This document shows, one piece after another, positions 43,365-52,800 of a stretch of 64,000 bases of DNA. The stretch is taken from IMG/VR virus record IMGVR_UViG_3300013132_000045; one strand, 5' to 3'. Within the stretch, counting starts at the first letter, position 1. The number at the start of each line of letters is the position of its first letter. The notes below the pieces were generated by a model. It was not told the origin of the DNA, searched no databases, and worked only from the letters and a program-made list of their open reading frames with translations. The DNA is from an uncultured virus (IMG/VR IMGVR_UViG_3300013132_000045). Lineage: Duplodnaviria > Heunggongvirae > Uroviricota > Caudoviricetes. Position numbers and translations under genes: made by a program.

Positions 43365-44558
43365 ATGGATTCACAATCTTGTTTCCGTTACGATGTATCC
43401 CCCATCAGTAGCTATCAAGTTACTGATGAAGGCTATTTGAAAGTTCGTGCTCGCATTGCTCGCACTGGCATTCAATCGTACACAGATGCAAGTGGTGGCA
43501 TCCGCTTGGAATATCGCCCTGAAGAAGAAGTGGCTTCTAAAGAAGCCTTAGATAGCTTCAAGGAGAAGTGTTTGACAAAAGAGCATCCTCCCGTGTTGCT
43601 TGATGCGTCCAACACTAAAAATTATGCCATTGGTTTTACTGGTGGCGATATTTTATATTCCGATGGATATGTTGAATCTACGCTCACAGTCACTGATAAG
43701 GAAACCATTGATGAAATCATACGAGGTAAAATTCGTGAGGTTTCTTGTGGGTATAAAGTAGACTACGTGAATGAACCAGGAACAACCAAAGATGGCCAAC
43801 ATTACGATGGCTATCAGCGTAACATTCGTGGCAATCACGTGGCTATCGTTAAAAGAGCTAGAGGAGGCGCTGATGTGCGTCTAATGCTTGATTCAGCGGA
43901 TGCCGCTGCAATAGAATTATTTTCTCCCATTGAGGATTTTCAAATGCCCGCAAACATTGCGTTTGATGGTGTTTCTTATGAAGCGGATGCAGCCCTTGCG
44001 ACTGCTATTGCTACTGAGCGTGAAGACGCAAAAAGTAGCTACGCCGATATGAAACGCAAATACGATGAAATGATGTCCAAAGCTTCCAAAATGAAGGAAG
44101 AAATGGATGCCATGGAAAAAGAAATGAAGGGCAAATGCGATGCCGCCGAGGGGCGTGCAGATGCTCTTGCTCAAGAGCTGGAAACAGTTAAGGCTTCTCT
44201 TGACGCCGCCCAGCAAGTAAACGTTGATTCGCTCGTTGAAGAGCGCATTGCTCTCATTGATAAGGCTCGTCCTTCTCTTGATAGTGCTTTTGATTTTTCT
44301 GGCAAAACTGCTCGTGAAATCATGGAAGCTTCTATCAAGGCTGTTCGCGCTGATGCTGATCTATCAGAACGTTCTGATGATTATGTGGAAGCAATGTTTG
44401 ACACTCTGGCGAATGTTGCCCCTCGCAACGATTCTGCCACCACCGAAGAACTCCGCAAGGCTGTTGCTTCGCTGGCCACCGTTTCTGCTCCTTCGTCCTA
44501 TATGGATAAGTTGCTGAATGGTTGGAAAACTCCTCTCTCCGTTACCAAGGAACGCTAA
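43365..44558 (+). CDS. DUF2213 prohead protease/scaffold protein
   Basis: EGYL...IARTGIQ.Y, EHPP, EVSCGY, GNHVAIV.RARGG; coiled-coil C-terminus. Confidence 0.85.
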   Translation: MDSQSCFRYDVSPISSYQVTDEGYLKVRARIARTGIQSYTDASGGIRLEYRPEEEVASKEALDSFKEKCLTKEHPPVLLDASNTKNYAIGFTGGDILYSDGYVESTLTVTDKETIDEIIRGKIREVSCGYKVDYVNEPGTTKDGQHYDGYQRNIRGNHVAIVKRARGGADVRLMLDSADAAAIELFSPIEDFQMPANIAFDGVSYEADAALATAIATEREDAKSSYADMKRKYDEMMSKASKMKEEMDAMEKEMKGKCDAAEGRADALAQELETVKASLDAAQQVNVDSLVEERIALIDKARPSLDSAFDFSGKTAREIMEASIKAVRADADLSERSDDYVEAMFDTLANVAPRNDSATTEELRKAVASLATVSAPSSYMDKLLNGWKTPLSVTKER

Positions 44559-44560
44559 TC

Positions 44561-45118
44561 ATGGCTACTTTTTCTTCGGTGAGTTCTGGTTCGGCAGGTG
44601 GCGTGCAACAGACTTATGCGCTGACGCATGTTGCTTTGCTTGAAGGTCAACTCTCCGACATTCGCGACAATACCATTGACACCTATGTCAATGAAACTGG
44701 CAGCGTTATTGCCTTTGGTGATGCCGTAGTTTTTAACAGCGGCGGCACCATTGCCCAAAGCGCCAAGACTGTTTCTGGCACTGCTCTTCCTCTCGCTGGC
44801 ATCAACATTCTCACCTACGTGGATGAAACCGCACTGGACGCCAATAGCCGTCCTGGTGTGAAAGCCACTCAGGCAATGAATGTTGCCGGTGAAGGCGCTA
44901 TTGCCGTTTATGTGCATGGCGCAGTCACTCCCGCTACTACGGTTCGCGTGCAGCACACTACCAGCGGCGTTCGTTATGCAGGTCAATTCTCTGCCGCAGC
45001 CTTTAGTGGGCGCACTGCAGTAGTGGCCAACGCTCGCTATCTCAGTTCCGTTACAGGCTCTGGCCTGGCAATTGTGGAACTGAACGGCCCCAGCCTTTCC
45101 CTCACCGCTGACACTTGA
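44561..45118 (+). CDS. Head decoration/cement protein
   Basis: Lies between scaffold and MCP; NETG..IAFG motif. Confidence 0.7.
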   Translation: MATFSSVSSGSAGGVQQTYALTHVALLEGQLSDIRDNTIDTYVNETGSVIAFGDAVVFNSGGTIAQSAKTVSGTALPLAGINILTYVDETALDANSRPGVKATQAMNVAGEGAIAVYVHGAVTPATTVRVQHTTSGVRYAGQFSAAAFSGRTAVVANARYLSSVTGSGLAIVELNGPSLSLTADT

Positions 45119-45133
45119 TAGGAGGCCCCTCTA

Positions 45134-46051
45134 ATGAATGATTTTCGTATGGATGATGCGGGTCTGTTTCTTGAGCGTCAGCTTGAGTACATCCGCCCGC
45201 AAGTATTTGAAACGGTCTACGCCGACATCAAATATTCGACAATTCTGCCTGTAACCAGCGAAGCTGGTCCTGGCGCTCAAACTTTCACCTACCGCATCAT
45301 GGACTCCACTGGTGAGTTCAAACTGCTTGCGGATGCTGCTGATGATCTGCCTCGTGCTGACATCAGCCAAGTGGAAAAGAGCATTTCCTTCCGTTCCTTC
45401 GGTGGCAGCTTCGGCTACACCGTCCAAGAACTGCGTGCTGCTCAAATGGCCAACATTGCTCTTGAGCAACGTCGCGCTGCTGCAGTGCGTCGTGCTTATG
45501 AGGAGAAGGTGGAAGCAGTGGCCATGTTTGGTGAAAGCTCTGTGGGCTTGGCTGGTTTCTTCAACAACGCCACTGTTGATGTTGTTGCCGCCAACACTTG
45601 GTTCACTGGCGCCACTGCCACTGGCACCACTGCCCAAGACATGCTGGATCTGCTGAATCATGGCGTGACTGCCATCATCAATGCTTCGCAGATGAAGGAA
45701 CAGCCCGACACCATTCTGATGGCTTGGGAAGATTACAGCGTAATTTCCACTCGTCGTAATTCGGACAGCTCGGATGTGACTGTGATGGAATATTTCCTTC
45801 GCACCAATCCCTACATCCGCAACATCGAGCCCATCAATCAGCTTGATGCCAGCAACACCAGCTCTCTGACCAAGAATCGCATGGTGTTCTACAAGCGTGA
45901 TCCCCAGAAAGTGCAATTGCACATTTCTCAGCCGCTTGAAATGTTCCCCCCTCAACAGCGTGGTCTGGAATTTATCGTTCCTGCTCATGCTCGTGTGGGT
46001 GGCGTGGCACTCTACTATCCGAAGAGTGTTCTGTATTTGCAAGCTCCCTGA
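45134..46051 (+). CDS. Major capsid protein (DUF2184-like)
   Basis: FLERQLEYI, YTVQELRAA, GFFN, RVGGVALYYP. Confidence 0.88.
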   Translation: MNDFRMDDAGLFLERQLEYIRPQVFETVYADIKYSTILPVTSEAGPGAQTFTYRIMDSTGEFKLLADAADDLPRADISQVEKSISFRSFGGSFGYTVQELRAAQMANIALEQRRAAAVRRAYEEKVEAVAMFGESSVGLAGFFNNATVDVVAANTWFTGATATGTTAQDMLDLLNHGVTAIINASQMKEQPDTILMAWEDYSVISTRRNSDSSDVTVMEYFLRTNPYIRNIEPINQLDASNTSSLTKNRMVFYKRDPQKVQLHISQPLEMFPPQQRGLEFIVPAHARVGGVALYYPKSVLYLQAP

Positions 46052-46094
46052 GTAAGACGGGGCGTTAAGCTATTGCCAGTTCTCTTGAACATTT

Positions 46095-46481
46095 ATGTTG
46101 ATTGCTTATCGCCCCGATCTTGAAAATCCGCCTCGTGAAGGTGGCTTTGGCATTATTACTGAGATGGGGCTCATCCAACTCAGTCCTGGAGTGAATACTG
46201 ACGTGCCAGATACCAAATGGGAACTAGCACGAAAGCATGGTGCCATTAAACGACTCATGGCCATTGGAGCCATTGAAGAAGTAAAACAAACGGCAACTGT
46301 CCAGGAAATTCCTGAAAGCATTGATACTCTCATTCAACTGCCATTAAATGAAGCCTTTCGACTGCTTGAAATCATGCACGACGAAGATCAGCTTCAACAA
46401 TGGAAAGGACATGAGGGACGCGTGAGAATCAGGAGTGCCATTAGCAAGCGTCTAACAGCATTGAAAGAGGGGAGGGTCTGA
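46095..46481 (+). CDS. Virion-associated hypothetical protein
   Basis: Follows MCP; LSPGVN, EGRVRIRSAI. Confidence 0.55.
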   Translation: MLIAYRPDLENPPREGGFGIITEMGLIQLSPGVNTDVPDTKWELARKHGAIKRLMAIGAIEEVKQTATVQEIPESIDTLIQLPLNEAFRLLEIMHDEDQLQQWKGHEGRVRIRSAISKRLTALKEGRV

Positions 46482-46482
46482 A

Positions 46483-46797
46483 ATGGCCGTCACCTATGCA
46501 AGCTTTTTAGATCGTTTTCCTGAATTTATTCCCCATCCATCGGGAATAGTGAATGGAGCCATTGCAGAAGCCACCTACGATGCAAGTGCAGATGTTTTTG
46601 GAGATCAAGCTGATCGAGCTGTTAAACATCTTGCTGCTCACATTATTGCCATTCAACTAGCACAAATGGGCATTCAAATTGGTGCCACAGAAGGCAAAGT
46701 ATATGGCAAGGGACTTGAAGCCACGCAATATGGCCAAGAGTTCAAACGAATGCTTGAAACCGTTGCAGGATCTACTGTTGTTGGTTTTGTCGTATGA
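46483..46797 (+). CDS. Head-tail adaptor (DUF4054-like)
   Basis: FLDRFPEF, LAAH, TQYGQEF. Confidence 0.8.
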   Translation: MAVTYASFLDRFPEFIPHPSGIVNGAIAEATYDASADVFGDQADRAVKHLAAHIIAIQLAQMGIQIGATEGKVYGKGLEATQYGQEFKRMLETVAGSTVVGFVV

Positions 46798-47183
46798 CAA
46801 ATGGTCTGTCGCCACTCGCTAATGCCTCTCTTGTATGGCAAGTGGCCACGGGCTATGCCGTTGATGCTGACACTGGCAATTACGTGGCTGTCACTAGTGG
46901 CACCACATACTATGCCAGCTTAAAGCAAAAACGCAATCCACAGTTTGATCATTTGCTAGGTGCTGATGCTACTGCCGTATATATGGAAGGGCGTCTCACT
47001 GGACCACTTGCCCTAGTTGGCATCTCTCCTGGTAGCTCCGCTGCTGCCATAATCAATGGGAGAGAAGGACGGTTTGAGCTATTGCCAAATGAGCAAATTG
47101 CTGAGCATTATTGGCAATTTCTTGGCGCTCCAATTAGAGGCATCTTTAGACTAGTTGGCAAAGGAAGCGTGCAAAACGTTTGA
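46794..47183 (+). CDS. Putative head closure protein
   Basis: Synteny; beta-rich 129 aa. Confidence 0.5.
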   Translation: MTNGLSPLANASLVWQVATGYAVDADTGNYVAVTSGTTYYASLKQKRNPQFDHLLGADATAVYMEGRLTGPLALVGISPGSSAAAIINGREGRFELLPNEQIAEHYWQFLGAPIRGIFRLVGKGSVQNV

Positions 47184-47219
47184 CGCTTAACCATTTCTCT
47201 CTCCATTGAGGACTTTCTC

Positions 47220-47798
47220 ATGCTTTACCACCCGACTGAACTGGTCAAGAGTCAAGACGTAATTGTACGTGTTGGCTCCATCTCTGGCACTGGTCGTCCA
47301 GTGATCACTCAGAGTGGCGCTACATTCACTGTTAGCGGCACTCCTACGCTTTATACGCTGCAAGCGGCTACAACGGCTTCTGTGGCCTTTAACGATGGCA
47401 ACACTGAATTCTACCTGCTTGGTGGTGGTGGTTTTGCTGATAGCGTGATTGTCACTTCTCAGGCCACTGCTTCCATCACTTCCTATTTCCAGAAGGATGT
47501 GGATGGCACTGTGTTTGTTCCGAACAGCTTTGATGAAGCTTTCCAGGTGATTAGCGCTGTGCGTTACGATAAGGACCAGGAAGTGTACGTTGAAATCAAC
47601 AAGCAACTTGGCTCTAGTGGCACCACTTTCTACTATGACCGCGTGGCTTTTGTAGCTACTGTGATGAACTATAACGAGAGCTATCCTGCTGATAACCTCG
47701 TTGAATGCACCTTTGACCTTATTAGTCGTGGTCGCATTGGCGTTCATCAAAGTGCTACTAGCTCTGGCAGCATCATCCCCACTGCTCCTAATAGCTGA
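47220..47798 (+). CDS. Major tail tube protein
   Basis: Beta-rich; ADNLVECTFDL.SRG; followed by a terminator. Confidence 0.7.
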   Translation: MLYHPTELVKSQDVIVRVGSISGTGRPVITQSGATFTVSGTPTLYTLQAATTASVAFNDGNTEFYLLGGGGFADSVIVTSQATASITSYFQKDVDGTVFVPNSFDEAFQVISAVRYDKDQEVYVEINKQLGSSGTTFYYDRVAFVATVMNYNESYPADNLVECTFDLISRGRIGVHQSATSSGSIIPTAPNS

Positions 47799-47822
47799 AG
47801 CATTAGCTAAGCTTTTTCTGCT

Positions 47823-47852
47823 AGCCTCTCTTTACGGGGAGGCTTTTTTATT
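47823..47852 (+). terminator. Intrinsic terminator
   Basis: AGCCTCTCT-TTAC-GGGGAGGCT-TTTTTATT. Confidence 0.75.
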
Positions 47853-48257
47853 GTGAACATTGCGCAATTTAGAGACATTGTTGATACTGTGCTTTCGGCT
47901 AGTCCTAATTTAGTGGGCTCCTACACTTTGCCCAATGGCACCACCATTCCTGCCATCTATGTGACGGGCAGACAAGGTGTGCCAGCAGAGTGGAAAGTGA
48001 CAGGCCTAGAAGTAGCGGTGCAAGAATTTCCTCGTCTTTCCCCATCGCCTGCCTTAGGAAAGTTTAAGCGGCGTCAAGAATGGACAATTGTGCTAGTCGA
48101 TTACGATACAAGCTCAACAAAGCTGCACAATGCTGCAGAGCGTATAGCCGCTCGTTTTCCTGATGCTCGTTTCTCTTTCTCGCCTGAAACTGACATTGCT
48201 TATGGTCAATATAGAATTACGGTGCCAGACACGGATATGGGCTATTTGCTGCGATGA
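47853..48257 (+). CDS. Putative tail terminator/completion protein
   Basis: Synteny, 134 aa. Confidence 0.5.
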   Translation: MNIAQFRDIVDTVLSASPNLVGSYTLPNGTTIPAIYVTGRQGVPAEWKVTGLEVAVQEFPRLSPSPALGKFKRRQEWTIVLVDYDTSSTKLHNAAERIAARFPDARFSFSPETDIAYGQYRITVPDTDMGYLLR

Positions 48258-48496
48258 AAAGGAAGAAAATGATTAAAAGCCTTTGCGAGAAGGCTTGGCT
48301 CTTTAATGTCAATCAAGAAGATGATTTGCTAATTGCTGGCTTTGCTTGCTTTTGTCATGGTTGTCCGCTGGAAGTGAAAATGATCATCAACGGGAAAGAG
48401 CGAGCAGTGATGGTGCCATCCAGGGCAGCTAATGGTGCTGTGCCATTAAGAATGATGAACGCTAGACTTTCATTGCTTCCCATTGATGACAAATGA
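48254..48496 (+). CDS. Hypothetical protein
   Basis: ATGA overlaps on both sides. Confidence 0.55.
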   Translation: MKRKKMIKSLCEKAWLFNVNQEDDLLIAGFACFCHGCPLEVKMIINGKERAVMVPSRAANGAVPLRMMNARLSLLPIDDK

Positions 48497-49011
48497 GCAA
48501 ATACTCTGATTTCTTTTTGCTTAGCTCTCCTGATTATGCTGAGATTGGCAAGAAACTGCGCCTGCGTAAATATGGAAGTTGGTTGGCTGAGGAAGCATGG
48601 CTTCGTGAAGAGCAAAATAAAAAGCGTGCTCAGTTCACGCTAAAAACCATTCAACTTGCTCGACAGATTGCCAAGATTAAAGACATTCCAGAAGAGGAGG
48701 CCTTTCAGCTTTTGCAGGGCAATACTGTTGAAAGAGCAGAAATATTAAGTGAATTTTCAGAAGAAACCACTAAGCTGATGGACTTGGTGCCATCAGGAAG
48801 GGAGCAGTTTGAAGAGCTGGTAACAATGTTTTTCCGTAATCGCGGGGAAGTGCTAGACGGCAAAAAATGGCTCCCCACGGATGAATGGGAAAAAGCCGAT
48901 ACAAATAAACTTCCGCAAGAGTTTCTTCAACTGGTGGAAACTTTTATGACCCAAGAAGATGCAGCGTTAAAAGGCGATGATGAAACGGAGGAAGAAGAAG
49001 CCCCAAAATAA
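48493..49011 (+). CDS. Tail assembly chaperone (G-like)
   Basis: Upstream of TMP; ends at slippery C_CCA_AAA_TAA. Confidence 0.7.
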   Translation: MSKYSDFFLLSSPDYAEIGKKLRLRKYGSWLAEEAWLREEQNKKRAQFTLKTIQLARQIAKIKDIPEEEAFQLLQGNTVERAEILSEFSEETTKLMDLVPSGREQFEELVTMFFRNRGEVLDGKKWLPTDEWEKADTNKLPQEFLQLVETFMTQEDAALKGDDETEEEEAPK

Positions 49012-49424
49012 CATTTTTGGAGCGCTTGGAACATAGTTGTGATCAGGCAATCAATCGCTCCACGGATTGGACCAGCATCTACTGTCGCCTTTCATCTTTT
49101 GCCATTGCCGATCCTATTTTTCATGCGGAACGCTTTGGACGACTTCCCATTGCTTTCTTGCAAGCTTGCCTAGAAAATTTATTTGAAACGCATAAGGAGC
49201 AAGTGAATGCGCAAAGTATTTCCACAGCCAAGCTAAGTGGTCTGGTATTTTCTGCATTAGCAGGCAAAGGGAAGAAACCAAGCCTAGAAGACTTCTTGCC
49301 TTATGAAATTAAGAAAGGTGCTAATGATTTGCAAGAAGAAACAATAGCAGCTATGAAATGGGCATTAAAGCATGAAAAAATGCCTCCTGCTATTATTGGC
49401 TTAATTGGCGCTGAACTTAGCTAA
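49002..49424 (+). CDS. Tail assembly chaperone -1 frameshift extension (GT-like)
   Basis: -1 frame open from CCCAAAA (49002-49008): PKITFLERLEH... Confidence 0.7.
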   Translation, partial: PKITFLERLEHSCDQAINRSTDWTSIYCRLSSFAIADPIFHAERFGRLPIAFLQACLENLFETHKEQVNAQSISTAKLSGLVFSALAGKGKKPSLEDFLPYEIKKGANDLQEETIAAMKWALKHEKMPPAIIGLIGAELS

Positions 49425-49449
49425 GATGTGGCAAAGTGCATTGTTTTCA

Positions 49450-49878
49450 ATGCCTGTTCAAGATGGGATTAGCAATCGTTTGGTAACGCTTAAGGGCGCG
49501 TTTGGTCGCGTTTTTGAGGAGGCCATGGACTGGGCAGATGAAGACTTTCAGGAGGAAATTGAAGCAATTGAATGGGATTGGAAAGGAGAAGAATATCAAA
49601 CTGTTCGAAAAAACGGGGAGATTGTGACAGAGCCGCGAAACATTGTGGACACTGGTGACTTAAGGAACAGCCAACGAAGGGAGAATCAAACGGCCATCAC
49701 TACTGATTTTGTCTGGACGGGAGGCGATGGAGAGGAATATGCCTCCATTGTTCATGATGGCTATGTCGGTAAACTTGGAGGAAGATACCCTGCTCGTCCT
49801 TTCACAGATAATGCAATTCAGGAGCTTCCATCCATTGTGGAAACTTTGCTGGTGCGGGAGATAGTTACCAATGGCTGA
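49450..49878 (+). CDS. HK97 gp10-like tail component
   Basis: PRNIVDTGDLRNS, YASIVHDG, PARPF. Confidence 0.7.
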   Translation: MPVQDGISNRLVTLKGAFGRVFEEAMDWADEDFQEEIEAIEWDWKGEEYQTVRKNGEIVTEPRNIVDTGDLRNSQRRENQTAITTDFVWTGGDGEEYASIVHDGYVGKLGGRYPARPFTDNAIQELPSIVETLLVREIVTNG

Positions 49879-52800
49879 ATACAGAATTGAATTTATAGCA
49901 GATAGTAGTCGCGCCAGTCGCACTATCAATCTACTTGAAAAAGCAATTAGCGATGTTACAAAAGAATTCAAAGATGCTGAGATTGGTTCGGGGGATTTCA
50001 TAAAGGCTGCCAGTAATTTAAGTGGATTACAAAGCGAACTTAGGAACGCTCAACGTGAAGTAGTTGATTTAGACCGAGCATATCAACAACTTAGTAAATC
50101 CATGGCCAGCTTCCGCTCTGGCATGGGCGCAAAAGGGGCGATTCCAAATGTTGCTAGCCCCATTCGTGGTACGGCTAATCAATTTGGAAGTCCAGCTTAT
50201 TTTGAAAAACTTAATAAAGATTTAGCAGAAGCTATTGCGGAAGGAAAACGTATTGACGCAGAGATCAGGCAAGCGGCGGAAGAAAGGCAAGATGCAATTA
50301 ACCAGTTTCGTTCTGGCATGGGAGCAATTCCAGGCGTTGCTAGTCCCATTCGTGGCACAGCCAGTCAATTCGGTAGCCCAGCTTACTTTGAAAAACTTAA
50401 TAAAGATTTAGCAGAAGCTATTGCGGAGGGGAAGCGTATTGACATTGAAATAGAACGCGCAGCTCAAAGCAGACAAAATGCAATCAATGAGTTCCGCACT
50501 GCGATGGGGGCAAGTGGCCGCATGTCGGGAAGTGCTAGTCCTGTTCGCGGCACAATCAATCAATGGGGAAGCCCAGCTTATTTTGAGGAGATTAAGCGTG
50601 CGGCTCAGAGCAGGCAGGATGCAATTAACGAATTTCGTACTGGCATGGGGGGACTTGGCGTCGCATCGGGAGAGGCCAGTCCTGTTCGTGGCACGGTGGG
50701 GCAGTTTGGAAGTCCTGCTTACTTTGAAGCTCTTAATGCAAGCTTAAAAGAGGCTATAGCTGAAGGCACTCGCATTGACGCAGAAATAAGGCGAGCAGCG
50801 CAAGAAAGGCAAGATGCAATTAACCAATTCCGCTCTGGCATGGCAGAGCGTGGTGCAATTCCTGGCGCGGCAAGTCCTATTGGTGGTGCTTTTAATATCA
50901 AAGGCAGTCCCTTGTATGAGCAAGTTGGCTCTTTAGCCAAGCTTGATAGGCAATTAACGGGATTGCGAGAAAAAGCGCGACTAATCTCTCCCGACACTAG
51001 TGAGTGGAAGGCCTTAACCAAGGAAATCCTTCATACGGAAAAGAGTATTGACAGAATTAACAAAAAGCAGCGTGGTGGCCCCTTTGCTCAAACACGCCTT
51101 GGCGCTGCTGGAGGAGCTTTTCTTTATGGAGGCGGGCTTGGCGGAGGCGTTGGTAGTGCATTAGGAGGCATTGCTGGTGGCTTGATGGGTGGTGTGCCTG
51201 GTGCCTTTACTGGAGCAGCCGTTGGACAATTGGTAGATAACCTTGGCACATCACTGGCTGGTATTACAAAGCAAGCAGCAGCGGTGCAGCAAATGCAACG
51301 CGGACTTGCTCTTGCCTCCATTGATGCCAAAGATTTTGCGGAATCTCAAGCAACTGTTGCCTCCATGAGCCAACGCTTGTTGATGCCCCTTGAACAAACA
51401 ACGCGCCTCTTCACTCAATTACGAGTGAATACCAAACAATACAATTTGTCCGTGGCAGATACTGCCAAGATCATGGAAGGTACAGCCTTAGCCATTATGG
51501 CTACTGGCGGAAGCTCCGAGGATTTGGAAGGGGCCATGCGAGCCGTTGTGCAAATCTTCAGCAAGGGAGGCGTTCAGGCTGAAGAACTGCGCGGGCAATT
51601 AGGCGAGCGTTTTCCTGGCGCTGTAGTGAAGTTTGCGCAAGCAAACAAGATGAGCTTCGAGGAGCTACAAAAGGGGCTTGAAAACGGAGAAATTGGTATT
51701 AAAGAGTTTGTTGAATTTGCAAAGAAAAATTATACTGATTATGCAAAATTTAGCGAGCAACTTGCCACGGCCCCTGAGTTTGCTGGCAAGCGTTTGCAAA
51801 TTGCATTAGAGCAAAATTCGTTAGAAATTGGTAGTTTATTTGGGCCCATGGGGGCAGACATTCAAGATGTCTTCACTGACATGATCAATAGCGTGGCGCA
51901 GTTTATTAAGGATAATCGCGCCTACATGCGTCAAGCAATTCAAGACTTTACTTCCATTGTTGGACCTATTACCAAGGTCTTCATGGAACTTATGAAGGTG
52001 ATTGCTAATTTTTCAGTGGCAGTTGGCAAAGTATTTCAAGGCCTTTTCTCTAGCATTCGTCAATCTTTGGGCATGGCAAATCTTGGCGAAGCAAAGGCTC
52101 GCCTAGACAAAGCGGCCAAAGCCGTGGCCGGCAAGACGCGACCCACGACAAATGTTAGAGGAGGTGGACCGTTTCAAGAATATGACAAAGCATTGGCCGC
52201 TTATCAGGCCCTAGGCGGAGACGCGGCTTGGGCCAAGGCAAATGCTCCTGCACAGCCCAGTAATTTACAATATGGCGGCCTAGGTGCTGGCATGTCTCTG
52301 GACAGGCAAGGTAAAGATGAAAAAGACAAGAAGGCAAAGGCAGACAGTCTTGAAAGCTTTGAGCGGCTTCGTGATCAACTAGCAAATGCTTATAACCAAG
52401 CAGAAATTGAACGCATTAAGGCACGTCATGAATTAAAAAAACGCTTGCAAGAAGATTTGTTTGACATGCAAGAATTTGGAGCAAATCGTCTCCAAAGGCA
52501 AAATCTTCAGTTTCTTCGTGCGCTTGTTAAAGCTGAGCAAGATCGGCAAACAACAATTTTAGAAGCGCAATTAAACATTGCAGCTAAAGCTGGCAAGGTA
52601 GCGCCTAGCGCTCCAATACTTCCTTCCGCTGGGGGCACAGGCGTTTCAAGCCTTACTACCTTCTCCAGCCAACAACTTACAAGAGCCACGCAAGAAGCCA
52701 GTCGCTTCACTGGTGTTGCCAATATGTGCTCGGAATCAGTGAAAGCTTTTTACAAAAGCTTAGGTATTTCTTTGCCTGGTGTAACTGCATGGGCAGATAC

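Noticed and set aside
45131..46042. Long antisense ORFs (also 22327..23130, 7339..8127 and those over the fibre gene)
   Set aside because: Shadow ORFs opposite well-supported genes
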